In this document: positions 44,853 to 54,606 of the stretch, piece by piece
Numbering within the stretch: the first letter of the stretch is position 1
Layout: every line of letters begins with the position of its first letter
DNA from: an uncultured delta proteobacterium
Lineage (GTDB): Bacteria > Desulfobacterota > Binatia > UBA9968
Reading direction: 5' to 3'
DNA: 64,000 nucleotides
Assembly: GCA_963727625.1 (NCBI GenBank)
Contig: CAVSHR010000004.1
Span: 1,504,001-1,568,000, forward strand
Translations under genes and position numbers: made by a program
The notes under the pieces: model-generated
What the model saw: the letters and a program-made list of their open reading frames with translations, nothing else
Told to the model about the DNA's origin: nothing
Databases searched by the model: none

Positions 44853-47800
44853 CGATCGCTGAGCTCCTGTCTCACTTGCAAAATCAGCACGTTACGCTTC
44901 GCGCTGACAATGACCATCTCATCCTTAACGGCCCGAAGGGAGCACTAACCTCCGCACTGCGCGCCGAGTTAATTGAGAGGAAAACGGAAATCCTGGCGTT
45001 TCTGAGAAACACGACTCGCTGTGCAAAACCCGAAGAGTTATCTCCTCGGCGGTTGTCGAGGAAATGGCGTTTACCACTTTCCTTCGCGCAGCAGCGGCTG
45101 TGGTTTTTGGATCAGTACGAGCCGGGCAGCTCGGTTTACAATGTTCCGAGCGCCCAGCGGCTTCGAGGGCCACTCGATATCGGCGCGCTAGAGCACAGTC
45201 TCGGTGAGATCGTCGGGCGCCACGAAGCGCTCAGAACGACATTCTCAGTGGTCGAGGGAGAACCGGTTCAGGTGATCGCGCCCGCGGCGAGTATTTCGCT
45301 GCCCGTATCGGATCTCAGTCATTTTGCGGACAGCGAGCGTGAGGAAGAGGCTCAAAGGCTCGCCACGGCAGAAGCTCGGCGGCCCTTTGATCTCAGTCAA
45401 GGCCCGCTCTTTCGGGCCACTCTCATCCGGCTGGATGAAGACGATCACATCTTGCTTTGCTCCATGCATCATATTGTCTCTGACGGCTGGTCGATCGGAG
45501 TGCTTTACCGCGAGCTGTCGGTTCTCTACCAGGCTTTTTCCCAGGGACACCCCTCTCCCCTTGCCGGCTTGCCGATCCAGTACGCCGACTATGCGGTATG
45601 GCAGCGGGAGTGGCTCAAGGGAGACGAGTTAGACAGGCAGTTATCGTACTGGAAAAAGCAGCTGGAGGGAGCCCCGGCAGTGCTCAATCTTCCCACCGAT
45701 CGGCCCCGTCCGGCAGTGCAGAGCCACCGGGGAGCACGGCAGTCGATTACCTTGTCTAAGGAGCTCTCCGAGAAGCTCAAGGGATTAAGTCGCACGCAGG
45801 GAGTCACGCTGTTCATGACTCTTCTGGCGGCCTTTCAGACCCTGCTTTATCGCTACACGGGGCAGGAAGACATTGTGGTGGGCTCGCCGATCGCCAATCG
45901 GACTCGGACCGAAATCGAGGGTTTGATCGGCTTCTTTGTCAATACCTTGGTGCTGCGGTCAAACTTCTCTAGCAACCCGACATTCAAAGAGCTCTTAGCC
46001 CAAGTTAGAGAGACGGCCCTGGGAGCTTATGCGCACCAAGACCTGCCGTTTGAAAAACTCGTCGAAGAACTCAAACCGGAACGCACCCCCAGCCACTCGC
46101 CGCTGTTTCAAGTGATGTTCGTGCTTCAGAATGCACCCAGCACGGAACTCAAGTTTGAGGGTCTCAGTGTGAGTCCGGTAAGGGTGGGTGAAGAGACGGC
46201 AAAGTTTGATCTGACTTTCTCTGTGAACCAAGCGGCGGAAGGGCTCCGGTTTTCGTTGCACTACGACACCGATCTTTTTGACGCCTCGACGATTGAACGG
46301 ATGATCGGCCATTTTAGAACCTTGCTTGAAGGGATTGTGGCCAATCCCGAGCAGCGCATCTCCGACCTGCCAATGCTGACCGAAGCTGAAAAACACCAGC
46401 TGTTAATCGAGTGGAACGACACCAAGGCCGACTATCCGAAAGACAAGTGCATCCACGAGTTATTTGAAGAGCAGGTCGACCGCACGCCTGAAGCGGTGGC
46501 GGTCGTTTTTGAGGACCAACAACTTACCTACCGAGAGCTCAATACCCGCGCCAACCAACTCGCCCATCATTTGCAAGAACTCGGAGTCGGTCCCGACCTC
46601 TTGGTCGGCATCTGCATGGAGCGATCCCTAGAGATGGTCGTGGGGCTGCTAGGAATCCTCAAAGCCGGTGGTGCCTACGTCCCGCTCGACCCAACCTACC
46701 CCAAAGAACGGCTGGGGTTCATGCTGGAGGACACAAAGGCCGGCGTAATTTTGACCGATACGGTTTCGCTGAACAGCCTTCCCCCCGTTAGCGCCCGGAC
46801 GATTTGTCTGGACCGGGACTGGGAAAAGATTAGAACTGAGTCGCAAAACAATCCGAGCAGTCAAAGCACAGCCAACAATCTCGCCTATGTAATCTACACT
46901 TCCGGTTCGACCGGACGTCCTAAGGGCGTCCAGGTTGCGCACCGTGCTGTGTCTAATTTCCTCACTCATGCGAGAAAAGTCCTAAGCCCGACTAAGAAAG
47001 ACACCTTTCCCTTAGTGGCTAATATTTGTTTCGATATTTCGGTGATGGAACTTTTTCTGCCGCTCCTTTCGGGTGCCCGCTTGGTCGTAGCCAGCCATTC
47101 GGTTGTCATTGATGGAACCCGGATCCAAGAGATGCTATCGGAGTCCGAAATTACAATCATGCACGCGACACCGGCAACGTGGCGAATGCTTTTACAAACC
47201 GGCTGGACCGGCGCAGCCAACTTGACGATCCTTTGTGGGGGAGAGGCGCTTCAAATTGAATTGGCGGATGAATTAATGACGCGGGGCTCCTCGGTGTGGA
47301 ATCTGTATGGTCCTACGGAGACAACGATTTTTTCCTCTTTTACAAGGTATCGGCACCCGTATAATCACGGCACGGTATCGATTGGCCGCGCTGTCGCGAA
47401 CACGCAATTCTATATTCTTGATGATCATCTGCTGCCGGTTCCGATTGGAGTTTCGGGACAGCTTCACATAGGGGGAGACGGCTTGGCGCGAGGCTACCTA
47501 AACCGGCCTGACCTTACCGCGGAAAAGTACATCCCCGACCCATTCAGCAAAACTCCGGGGGCGCGCCTTTATAGGACGGGGGATTTAGCCCGTTATTTAC
47601 CCGATGGCAACGTCGCGTTTCTCGGCCGTATCGATCATCAGGTAAAGCTCCGTGGCTTCCGTATCGAGTTGGGAGAGATTGAAGCCGTACTGGGTGAGCA
47701 TTCTAAAGTTCGTCAATCGGTTATTCTCTCACGAGAGGATGTTCCCGGAGACAAGCGACTTGTGGCTTATGTGGTACCAACCCACAGCCGTACTGCTCCC

Positions 47801-48310
47801 GTCAACGAACTACGGGCGTTTCTAAAAAATCAATTGCCCGAATACATGGTGCCGTCCGCATTTGTGTTTATGGAATCGCTGCCGCTTACGCCCAACGGCA
47901 AATTAGACCGCAAAGCACTTTCGGCCCCGGATAAAAGCAGCTTTGAATTGGCAACGAGCTACGTCGCGCCTCGGACCCGGGAGGAGAAATTGATCGCAGA
48001 GATATGGGCCGAAGTGTTGAGACTCGAAAAGGTCGGTATCCACGACAATTTCTTTGATCTTGGCGGTCATTCATTGAAGGCCACGCAAATTATCTCTCGA
48101 TTGCGTGCATCGTGGCGGATGGATCTGCCCTTGCGCGTCCTGTTTGAGGCACCGACTGTAGCAGAGCTGGCCTTGAGACTTGAGCGGAGTGCATCGGAAT
48201 CCGATGAGCTCGAAGAGTTTAGCCGTAATCTGGCTGAGGTGGAATCGCTGACAGATGAAGAAATAGAGCGGCAGCAGATCGATAAGCACAAGAAGCAGCA
48301 GAGATGCTAG
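44849..48310 (+). CDS. Monomodular NRPS with TubC-type N-terminal docking domain, C-A-T (Gly-clade-like code DIMHLGLIFK)
   Basis: MTIAELLSHL...L....PKGALT..LRAELIERKTEILAFL head, HHIVSDG, FDIS, GGHSL, tail LAEVESLTDEE. Confidence 0.92.
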   Translation: MTIAELLSHLQNQHVTLRADNDHLILNGPKGALTSALRAELIERKTEILAFLRNTTRCAKPEELSPRRLSRKWRLPLSFAQQRLWFLDQYEPGSSVYNVPSAQRLRGPLDIGALEHSLGEIVGRHEALRTTFSVVEGEPVQVIAPAASISLPVSDLSHFADSEREEEAQRLATAEARRPFDLSQGPLFRATLIRLDEDDHILLCSMHHIVSDGWSIGVLYRELSVLYQAFSQGHPSPLAGLPIQYADYAVWQREWLKGDELDRQLSYWKKQLEGAPAVLNLPTDRPRPAVQSHRGARQSITLSKELSEKLKGLSRTQGVTLFMTLLAAFQTLLYRYTGQEDIVVGSPIANRTRTEIEGLIGFFVNTLVLRSNFSSNPTFKELLAQVRETALGAYAHQDLPFEKLVEELKPERTPSHSPLFQVMFVLQNAPSTELKFEGLSVSPVRVGEETAKFDLTFSVNQAAEGLRFSLHYDTDLFDASTIERMIGHFRTLLEGIVANPEQRISDLPMLTEAEKHQLLIEWNDTKADYPKDKCIHELFEEQVDRTPEAVAVVFEDQQLTYRELNTRANQLAHHLQELGVGPDLLVGICMERSLEMVVGLLGILKAGGAYVPLDPTYPKERLGFMLEDTKAGVILTDTVSLNSLPPVSARTICLDRDWEKIRTESQNNPSSQSTANNLAYVIYTSGSTGRPKGVQVAHRAVSNFLTHARKVLSPTKKDTFPLVANICFDISVMELFLPLLSGARLVVASHSVVIDGTRIQEMLSESEITIMHATPATWRMLLQTGWTGAANLTILCGGEALQIELADELMTRGSSVWNLYGPTETTIFSSFTRYRHPYNHGTVSIGRAVANTQFYILDDHLLPVPIGVSGQLHIGGDGLARGYLNRPDLTAEKYIPDPFSKTPGARLYRTGDLARYLPDGNVAFLGRIDHQVKLRGFRIELGEIEAVLGEHSKVRQSVILSREDVPGDKRLVAYVVPTHSRTAPVNELRAFLKNQLPEYMVPSAFVFMESLPLTPNGKLDRKALSAPDKSSFELATSYVAPRTREEKLIAEIWAEVLRLEKVGIHDNFFDLGGHSLKATQIISRLRASWRMDLPLRVLFEAPTVAELALRLERSASESDELEEFSRNLAEVESLTDEEIERQQIDKHKKQQRC

Positions 48311-50215
48311 AAGGAAACAACGATCGAATGGTGGAAACAGCAGGCTATACGATCTATCAACTTATTCGAGATTGGGCGAAAGCGACCCCTGAAGCTATCG
48401 CCATCGCTTCCCCGGTCCACGAACCGATCACTTATCGGCAATTGGTCAGTCAAGTCGATTCTATCGTCAAATCACTCGGTGAAATTGGGATCGGTCATCA
48501 AGACCGCGTTGCTATTGTTGTGCCAAATAGTTTTGAGCTGGCGATAATTTTTCTCGGCGTCTCCTGCGCTGCTATCAGTGTCCCGCTTAATCCGTCGAAT
48601 CGAGAGAATGAATTCGACTTTTATCTCTCCAATGTTCCTGCCAAAGCGCTCGTCGTCCAATCAAGCGTGGACTCGGCCGCGGTTTCGGCTGCGCGAAGGC
48701 GCGCCATCCCCGTCATTGAAGTCGTCTCAACGTCAAATGCGGGGCCCTGCGTTTTTATCCCTAAAATTTCAACGTCCGCCCCCCCTACCCGTTATCGTCA
48801 ATCCGAGCCGGATGACGTCGCCCTCGTGCTTCATACTTCGGGAACGACCGCCAAGCCGAAAAGAGTTCCGCTCACTCACAGAAATCTGTGCGTATCCGCC
48901 TCTTCAATTCAAAAGACCCTTCATTTGACAAACAAAGACCGCTGCCTAGGCGTGATGCCCTTGTTTCATATTCACGGCCTAGTCGGCGGGCTGCTTTCTT
49001 CGTTGGCAGCCGGCGCCAGTTTCGCGGCCGCACCCGACTTTGACGGCGATCGTTTCTTCGACTGGATGAAGGAGCTCTCCCCCACATGGTACACGGCGGT
49101 TCCGACAATTCATCAGGAAATTCTCAGACGTGCCCGAGAGCGAAACGAACGCATCCCAACGAATCGCCTTCGTTTTATTCGATCATCGTCTGCTCCGCTT
49201 CCGCATAAGGTCATGGTCGATCTCGAGGAAGTTTTTAGCGTGCCGGTCATCGAAGCTTACGGTATGACCGAGGCTTCCCACCAAATATGTAGCAGTCAGC
49301 TGCCTCCAGCGGAGCGCAAAGCGGGTTCTGTCGGGATAGTGACCCACACGGACATCGCGGTCATGGACGAAACAGGAAATATTGTCAACGCCGGGAGGGG
49401 CGGGGAAATCGTAATTCGTGGGACCAACGTCATGATGGATTATGAGTCTGACGACGCTAACGAAGGGCCGTTCATCAATGGATGGCTTCGAACGGGGGAC
49501 ATGGGATACTTCGATTCTGACGGTTTTCTCTTCCTTACGGGACGGCTAAAGGAGATCGTCAACCGTGGTGGCACTAAAATAATGCCATGCGAGATCGACC
49601 AAGCGTTGCTCGATCATCCCGATATCTTGCAGGCGGCTGACGTTTGCCACATCGCATCCGACTCTCGGCGAGGAATTGCGGCGGCCGTTGTGGCGCGCGA
49701 CCGAACCCAGACAACGGAGGCAACATCCGTGAATATCTGATTCAGCGTTTAGCCACTTGTCAAAGTGCCGTACTCGGCTATTGATTGTAGATCGACATCC
49801 CAAAGAGTCCAACCGGAAAAGTCCAGCGAGCTAACTTAGCCAAGATATTCGCTGAACGAATGCCGGGCTGGTTTCGTTGCTCCGAAAAACAAGTTGGAGG
49901 CGATCGTCGCCCGTGATGTTTGCCGATATCTTGGAAATTAAACAGGTCAGCTCACGCGATAATTTCTTCGCCCTGGGCGGAGATTCTCTTCGCGCTACGC
50001 AGGTGATATCTCGTGTTCGGTCGCTTTTATCTATTAACGTTGCCGATCTCAACCTTGTTCTTGAAAACAACCGTGGTGGAGCTTGCGGAGGAAATTGCCG
50101 CATCAGTGCATTCGCTCGATCACAACTTGGAAACGGCAATCATGACAGAATCGAGAGCGGTTTCGGAGGAAGGACGCTCAGCCAAAATCTAGCTGAAGTG
50201 TCATTGCCAAAATGA
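48304..50215 (+). pseudogene. Oxalate-CoA-ligase-like acyl-adenylating domain fused to T domain (multiple frameshifts after ~49640)
   Basis: LHTSGTT..PKRVPLTH, MPLFHIHGL, WYTAVPTIHQ, FIRSSSAPL, EAYGMTEASHQ; downstream FFALGGDSL. Confidence 0.75.
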
Positions 50216-51498
50216 CAAAAAAAAATAACCAGATGGACCCATCAGAGCTAGCGAGCCGCTTTGCCAATCTTTCACCTTTGAAACGAGCGTTTTTGGAGGA
50301 AAGGCTTAAGGAAAAGGGTCTCTATTCTTTAGTTAAGCCGACTATCCCATATCGGACGACATCGGAAACAGCAGCTCTACTCCCAACGGCAAGGTGGACC
50401 GAAAGGCACTGCCAGCCCCTGAGCTGAGGCGGTCGAGTCTTGAAAGAAAACTACGTACCTCCTAGAAATTTTACGGAAAATAGCATCGCTAAAATCTGGC
50501 GCGAAGTGCTTGGCATAGATCGAATAGGGATTCACGATAATTTCTTTGACTTGGGTGGCCATTCACTGCTTGCAGTAAAACTCCTGTCGCAGTTGGGGAA
50601 TTTTTATAATCTAGACATAAAAACGCGCTGGCTGTTCGAATCCCCTACCATCGCACAGTTTGCCAAGCACATCCGGAGTAGAAGTTTCTCCAACGAAGGA
50701 GAGAAAGCAACGTGGTCAAATTTAGTGAAGTTGCAGCCGAGTGACGGGAAACGGCCGGTGTTTTTTGTTCCCGGAGGTGCCGGTGGTGAACAAGACATGC
50801 TCAGATGTATCCCCCTCCTTCGTCGACTTGGAGATAAGTATTCCTTTTATGGATTATTGAGCCAGGACAACCGGGTGCTCGGGAGCGTCGAAGAAATCGC
50901 TAAAGAATACCTCAAAGAAGTGAGAACCGTTCACCCCGACGGTCCATATGTTTTGATCGGCGAGTGTATTTCGGGGGTTGTAGCGTACGAGATGGCCCAA
51001 CAACTGCGTGCTCAAGGCCAAAACGTCGCTTTATTGGCGCTTTTAGATACTGTTCGGGTGACCAAACGCAGGTACTTTAATTTTCAACGTCACTATTACC
51101 TGCAAAGACTGACTGTTCATTGGAACCATTTACAAGAGTTCAATTTAGGGGAAAAGATTGTTTATTCGTTGCAAGCAGCAAAGGCAGTTGTCTCCGCGAA
51201 GTTCTTTCTTGATGGGAAACGAGGCAAGAAGAACAGCCAAAAGATAAGCACTACGGGATACGACTACGATACGACTCTTCTTCGTTACCGCCCGCGGGAA
51301 TATCAAGCCCGTATGACCCTCATTTTAAGTGAAACGATTTACAACAGACAACCTGATGGAGGATGGGCTAACCTCGTGCCTGCCGGCGTAGACGTCTACA
51401 GGGTCAACGCTCCTCACAATACATACCTGACAGATCACGTCGATTTTACCGCTACACTCTTGAGAGAATGTTTAGAATGCGCGGAAGGGGATATTTAA
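50212..51498 (+). pseudogene. Docking head + (deleted C-A) + T-TE termination protein, two frameshifts near 50378-50440
   Basis: LSPLKRAFLEERL, then TPNGKVDRKALPAP (A10 motif), then T (GGHSL) and TE (GECISG, LLD, PHNTYL). ORF 50440-51498 is intact as T-TE. Confidence 0.75.
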
Positions 51499-51724
51499 AA
51501 TCAAACTGATTCCTGCTCTTGCCCCAATGCCGCACGGACTCTACGTGACCCATGTCTGTGGCCATGAGCGTCGATCTAGACCGACGAGTCGCGGCATTTT
51601 TGCTTAGGGGCTTCGGAATCGGAATAACTAATTCCAGAGAAAGAGCGGAAGTCAGGGTTAATCAAAGCTTAGGAATTTTAAGATGAACACAAAGGCTTTG
51701 GCGAGCGCCCGGTACCCTAAGTAG

Positions 51725-52078
51725 TCAAGACAACAATTTGCGCAGCGATTCGAGATCTTTTCTGAGCTTTAACAGCGCGGTTTTATATTTCTGCTCGGAA
51801 AGCGGCAGCTTCAGCTGATCTTTGTCTTCTTTTTTTATTTCTTTCAATTTGCGGCGCGCGCCTTCGATCGTAAACCCGTCGGTGTAGAGTAGCCGCTTGA
51901 TGTCGAGCAACAGCTCAACATCTCCCTTTTTATACAGCCGGTGCTTGGAAGGTGCTTTGGCCGGCCGAAGCAAATCGAATTCCGTCTCCCAGTAGCGCAA
52001 GACGTAAGGCTCGACCCCGACAATCTCGCTGACTTCGCCGATCTTGAAATAGATCTTTTCCGGCAGTCGAGCAGGCAT
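51725..52078 (-). CDS. MerR-family HTH regulator (ihfA-linked)
   Basis: YFKIGEVS...LRYWETEF...R.Y...GFTIEGA; typical position after ihfA. Confidence 0.9.
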   Translation of the reverse strand: MPARLPEKIYFKIGEVSEIVGVEPYVLRYWETEFDLLRPAKAPSKHRLYKKGDVELLLDIKRLLYTDGFTIEGARRKLKEIKKEDKDQLKLPLSEQKYKTALLKLRKDLESLRKLLS

Positions 52079-52087
52079 GACCCGTCC

Positions 52088-52411
52088 CTATTCGGACGCG
52101 GAGGATGTCGGTGAAGGAGCGGCAGTATTGGCGGCCATTGTGTTCAGGCTCTTCTTCATGATTTGGCTGGCCTTGAAGGTCAGCACTTTACGCCCCACGA
52201 TAATGATCTCGTCGCCGGTCTGCGGGTTGCGGCCTTTGCGCGGCCGCTTGGTGTTGACGACAAAATTCCCAAACCCGGAGATTTTTACTTTCTCGCCGCG
52301 TTCTAAACAGCCTTTGATAATATCAAACGTGGCTTCGACGACATCAGTAGCGTCCTTTTTTGAGAACCCGACCTTTTCATAGATTCGGGTGATGATTTCC
52401 GCTTTCGTCAT
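52088..52411 (-). CDS. ihfA: Integration host factor subunit alpha
   Basis: MTKAE, VKISGFGNF, GRNPQTG; follows pheT. Confidence 0.92.
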   Translation of the reverse strand: MTKAEIITRIYEKVGFSKKDATDVVEATFDIIKGCLERGEKVKISGFGNFVVNTKRPRKGRNPQTGDEIIIVGRKVLTFKASQIMKKSLNTMAANTAAPSPTSSASE

Positions 52412-52444
52412 GTTACACCTCTTCCCTTTGGGCGGCAGCGATGT

Positions 52445-54529
52445 TTAGCTGCGCCGCGCAGCGCCAAATGTCTCTCCTAGCCGTTCAACCAATCTCCGGT
52501 GTAGCTCATTGATCTCCGCATCCGTAAGCGTTCTATCCTCGGCTCGATAGGAAACTTTGTACGCGAGGCTCTTCTTGCCGTCGGGAACCGGCGCGCCAAC
52601 ATACTCGTCGAAAACTTCGACATGCTCGATCCGCGATTCGCCGAGATTTTGAATCCAACCGATTACTCGTTGCGAGGCAAAGTCGCGATCAACCACTAAT
52701 GCGACATCCCGCTCGACGGCTGGGAATCGTGGAAGTGCATGGACCGCGATTTGCCGCGGAGCATACTCAAGCAGTTTCTCGAAGTCAAGTTCGAATGCGA
52801 AAAGCGCCGGCAGCTCAAGTTGATCGATAACATCCGGATGCAACTGGCCGGCGTAGCCGAGCGGAGCATCGCGCCAAAGCAAATTGGCCGACTTGCCCGG
52901 ATGCAAAAATCCGGCATTCGCCGGCAACCAAACCACCGACTCGCTCAATCGAAAACACTCTAGAACCGCTTCGACCAAACCTTTGCATTCCAAAAAATCG
53001 AAAGGCCTCACCTCGGCGCGGCGCAAGCCGTGACGCGGGCGCGGCCCGTACATCAATCCCGCGATACACTGTCGCTCGACCGTTTCATTGTCGGCGGTTA
53101 GAGAAAATACTTTGCCGAGATGAAAGGCATGACTGCTGCGCACTTTGTAAGCAAGATTGAGCCGTAAGTCGTCGATCAATCCCGGCAGCAAACTATGGCG
53201 CATTTCGGCATTTTCTTTCGTCAATGGATTAAGCAGCGAAACCGTCACGGGGGTATCCTGCCAGACCCCGGGAAAGCTCCAGTTCATACTTTCCCCTATA
53301 AATGGCAGGTTGATCACTTCGGTCAAGCCTTCACCAGTCAGTAGAGAACGGAGTTTTCGTTCCCAGGCCAAACGCGGGTCGTTGTGGCCACCCGAGCTTC
53401 GGACCAGCGGCAGGGTACTGGGAATGCGATCGTAACCCTGCAGGCGGGCCAATTCCTCGATCACATCCACCTCGCGAGCGATGTCCGGACGGAAAGACGG
53501 CGGCACTACCGTGAGCACCCGACGGCGCGGTTGTTGTTTCGTTTTCATCCCGAGAGCACCTAGCAGTTTTGCCGCCGTTTTGCGCTCAAGCTTCAAACCG
53601 AGCAATTTCTCGATGCGCTCTTCGCGCAGCAAAATCGTCGGCTGATTCGTTCTACCGGGAAAGCGGTCGGAAACTCCGGCCTCGGCGCGCCCGCCAGCGA
53701 CCTCGCGAAGCAAGTAAACCGCACGGTTCAATGCCGCGATGGTCCCCTCCGGGTCGACGCCACGCTCGAAGCGATGCGAAGCTTCGCTGTGCATAGCGAG
53801 TCGTTTGGCGGTGCTGCGAATTGACCCCGGCGCAAAATTCGCGCTTTCAAGCAGCACCGAACGGGTTGAGTCACATACCTCGGAATCGATTCCGCCCATA
53901 ACGCCGGCGAGAGCCACCGGGTCAGCACCGTCGCAAATTAAAAGATCAGTGGCTTGTAAGCGCCTTTCCACCCCGTCGAGGGTGGTAAATTTTTCTACCC
54001 TCCCGGCTGGCCTGACGACGATTTTTTTCTTCACCAACCGATCTAAGTCGAACGCATGAAGCGGCTGACCGGTCTCGAGCATGACGTAATTGGTCACGTC
54101 GACGACGTTGTTAATCGAGCGAATACCGCAGGCCTCGAGCCGGGAGCGCATCCAGATCGGAGCCGGCGCAATCGTCACGTCGTCGACGATGCGCGCCGAA
54201 TAGCGGGCGCAGGCCTGCGGATCTTCGATCGAGATCGTAATCCGTTTATCGAGCTTGGCATTTTTCCCGTGCGGGCTCATCGGCGGCGATTTCATGCTGC
54301 CACCGGCAAGCGCGACAACCTCGCGGGCAATGCCGGCGATACCGAGGCAATCGCCGCGATTGGGAGTAACGCCGATCTCCAACAACCAGTCTTCTCCATC
54401 GCTCTCTAACCCGGCCATTGGAGCGATCGATTCGACCTCAAGACCCGCCATCGTCAACGTCGCCGCGAGCGCCGCGGGCTCGAGGTTAAAATCGACCGAC
54501 TCTTTAAGCCAATTGAACGTAACCTTCAT
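52445..54529 (-). CDS. pheT: Phenylalanine-tRNA ligase beta subunit (short form lacking B2 OB domain)
   Basis: GLEVE followed closely by TPNRGDC; GQPLHAFD, RFERGVD, DVIEE, FDX-ACB domain. Confidence 0.93.
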   Translation of the reverse strand: MKVTFNWLKESVDFNLEPAALAATLTMAGLEVESIAPMAGLESDGEDWLLEIGVTPNRGDCLGIAGIAREVVALAGGSMKSPPMSPHGKNAKLDKRITISIEDPQACARYSARIVDDVTIAPAPIWMRSRLEACGIRSINNVVDVTNYVMLETGQPLHAFDLDRLVKKKIVVRPAGRVEKFTTLDGVERRLQATDLLICDGADPVALAGVMGGIDSEVCDSTRSVLLESANFAPGSIRSTAKRLAMHSEASHRFERGVDPEGTIAALNRAVYLLREVAGGRAEAGVSDRFPGRTNQPTILLREERIEKLLGLKLERKTAAKLLGALGMKTKQQPRRRVLTVVPPSFRPDIAREVDVIEELARLQGYDRIPSTLPLVRSSGGHNDPRLAWERKLRSLLTGEGLTEVINLPFIGESMNWSFPGVWQDTPVTVSLLNPLTKENAEMRHSLLPGLIDDLRLNLAYKVRSSHAFHLGKVFSLTADNETVERQCIAGLMYGPRPRHGLRRAEVRPFDFLECKGLVEAVLECFRLSESVVWLPANAGFLHPGKSANLLWRDAPLGYAGQLHPDVIDQLELPALFAFELDFEKLLEYAPRQIAVHALPRFPAVERDVALVVDRDFASQRVIGWIQNLGESRIEHVEVFDEYVGAPVPDGKKSLAYKVSYRAEDRTLTDAEINELHRRLVERLGETFGAARRS

Positions 54530-54606
54530 TTGATTAGGATCGTGGACTGACGGTGTGATGGAGGATTTGCCTTAAACACCTACTCCACCACTCCATTCTC
54601 TCGCGT

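Larger units (their letters stand above)
26600..51700 (+). other. NRPS biosynthetic island inserted between merR and tRNA-Pro
   Basis: Contiguous + strand NRPS genes interrupting a minus-strand housekeeping block; visibly AT-richer; no integrase seen. Confidence 0.75.

Noticed and set aside
51499-51724. att-site duplication of tRNA-Pro at the island's right edge
   Set aside because: No copy of tRNA sequence seen.
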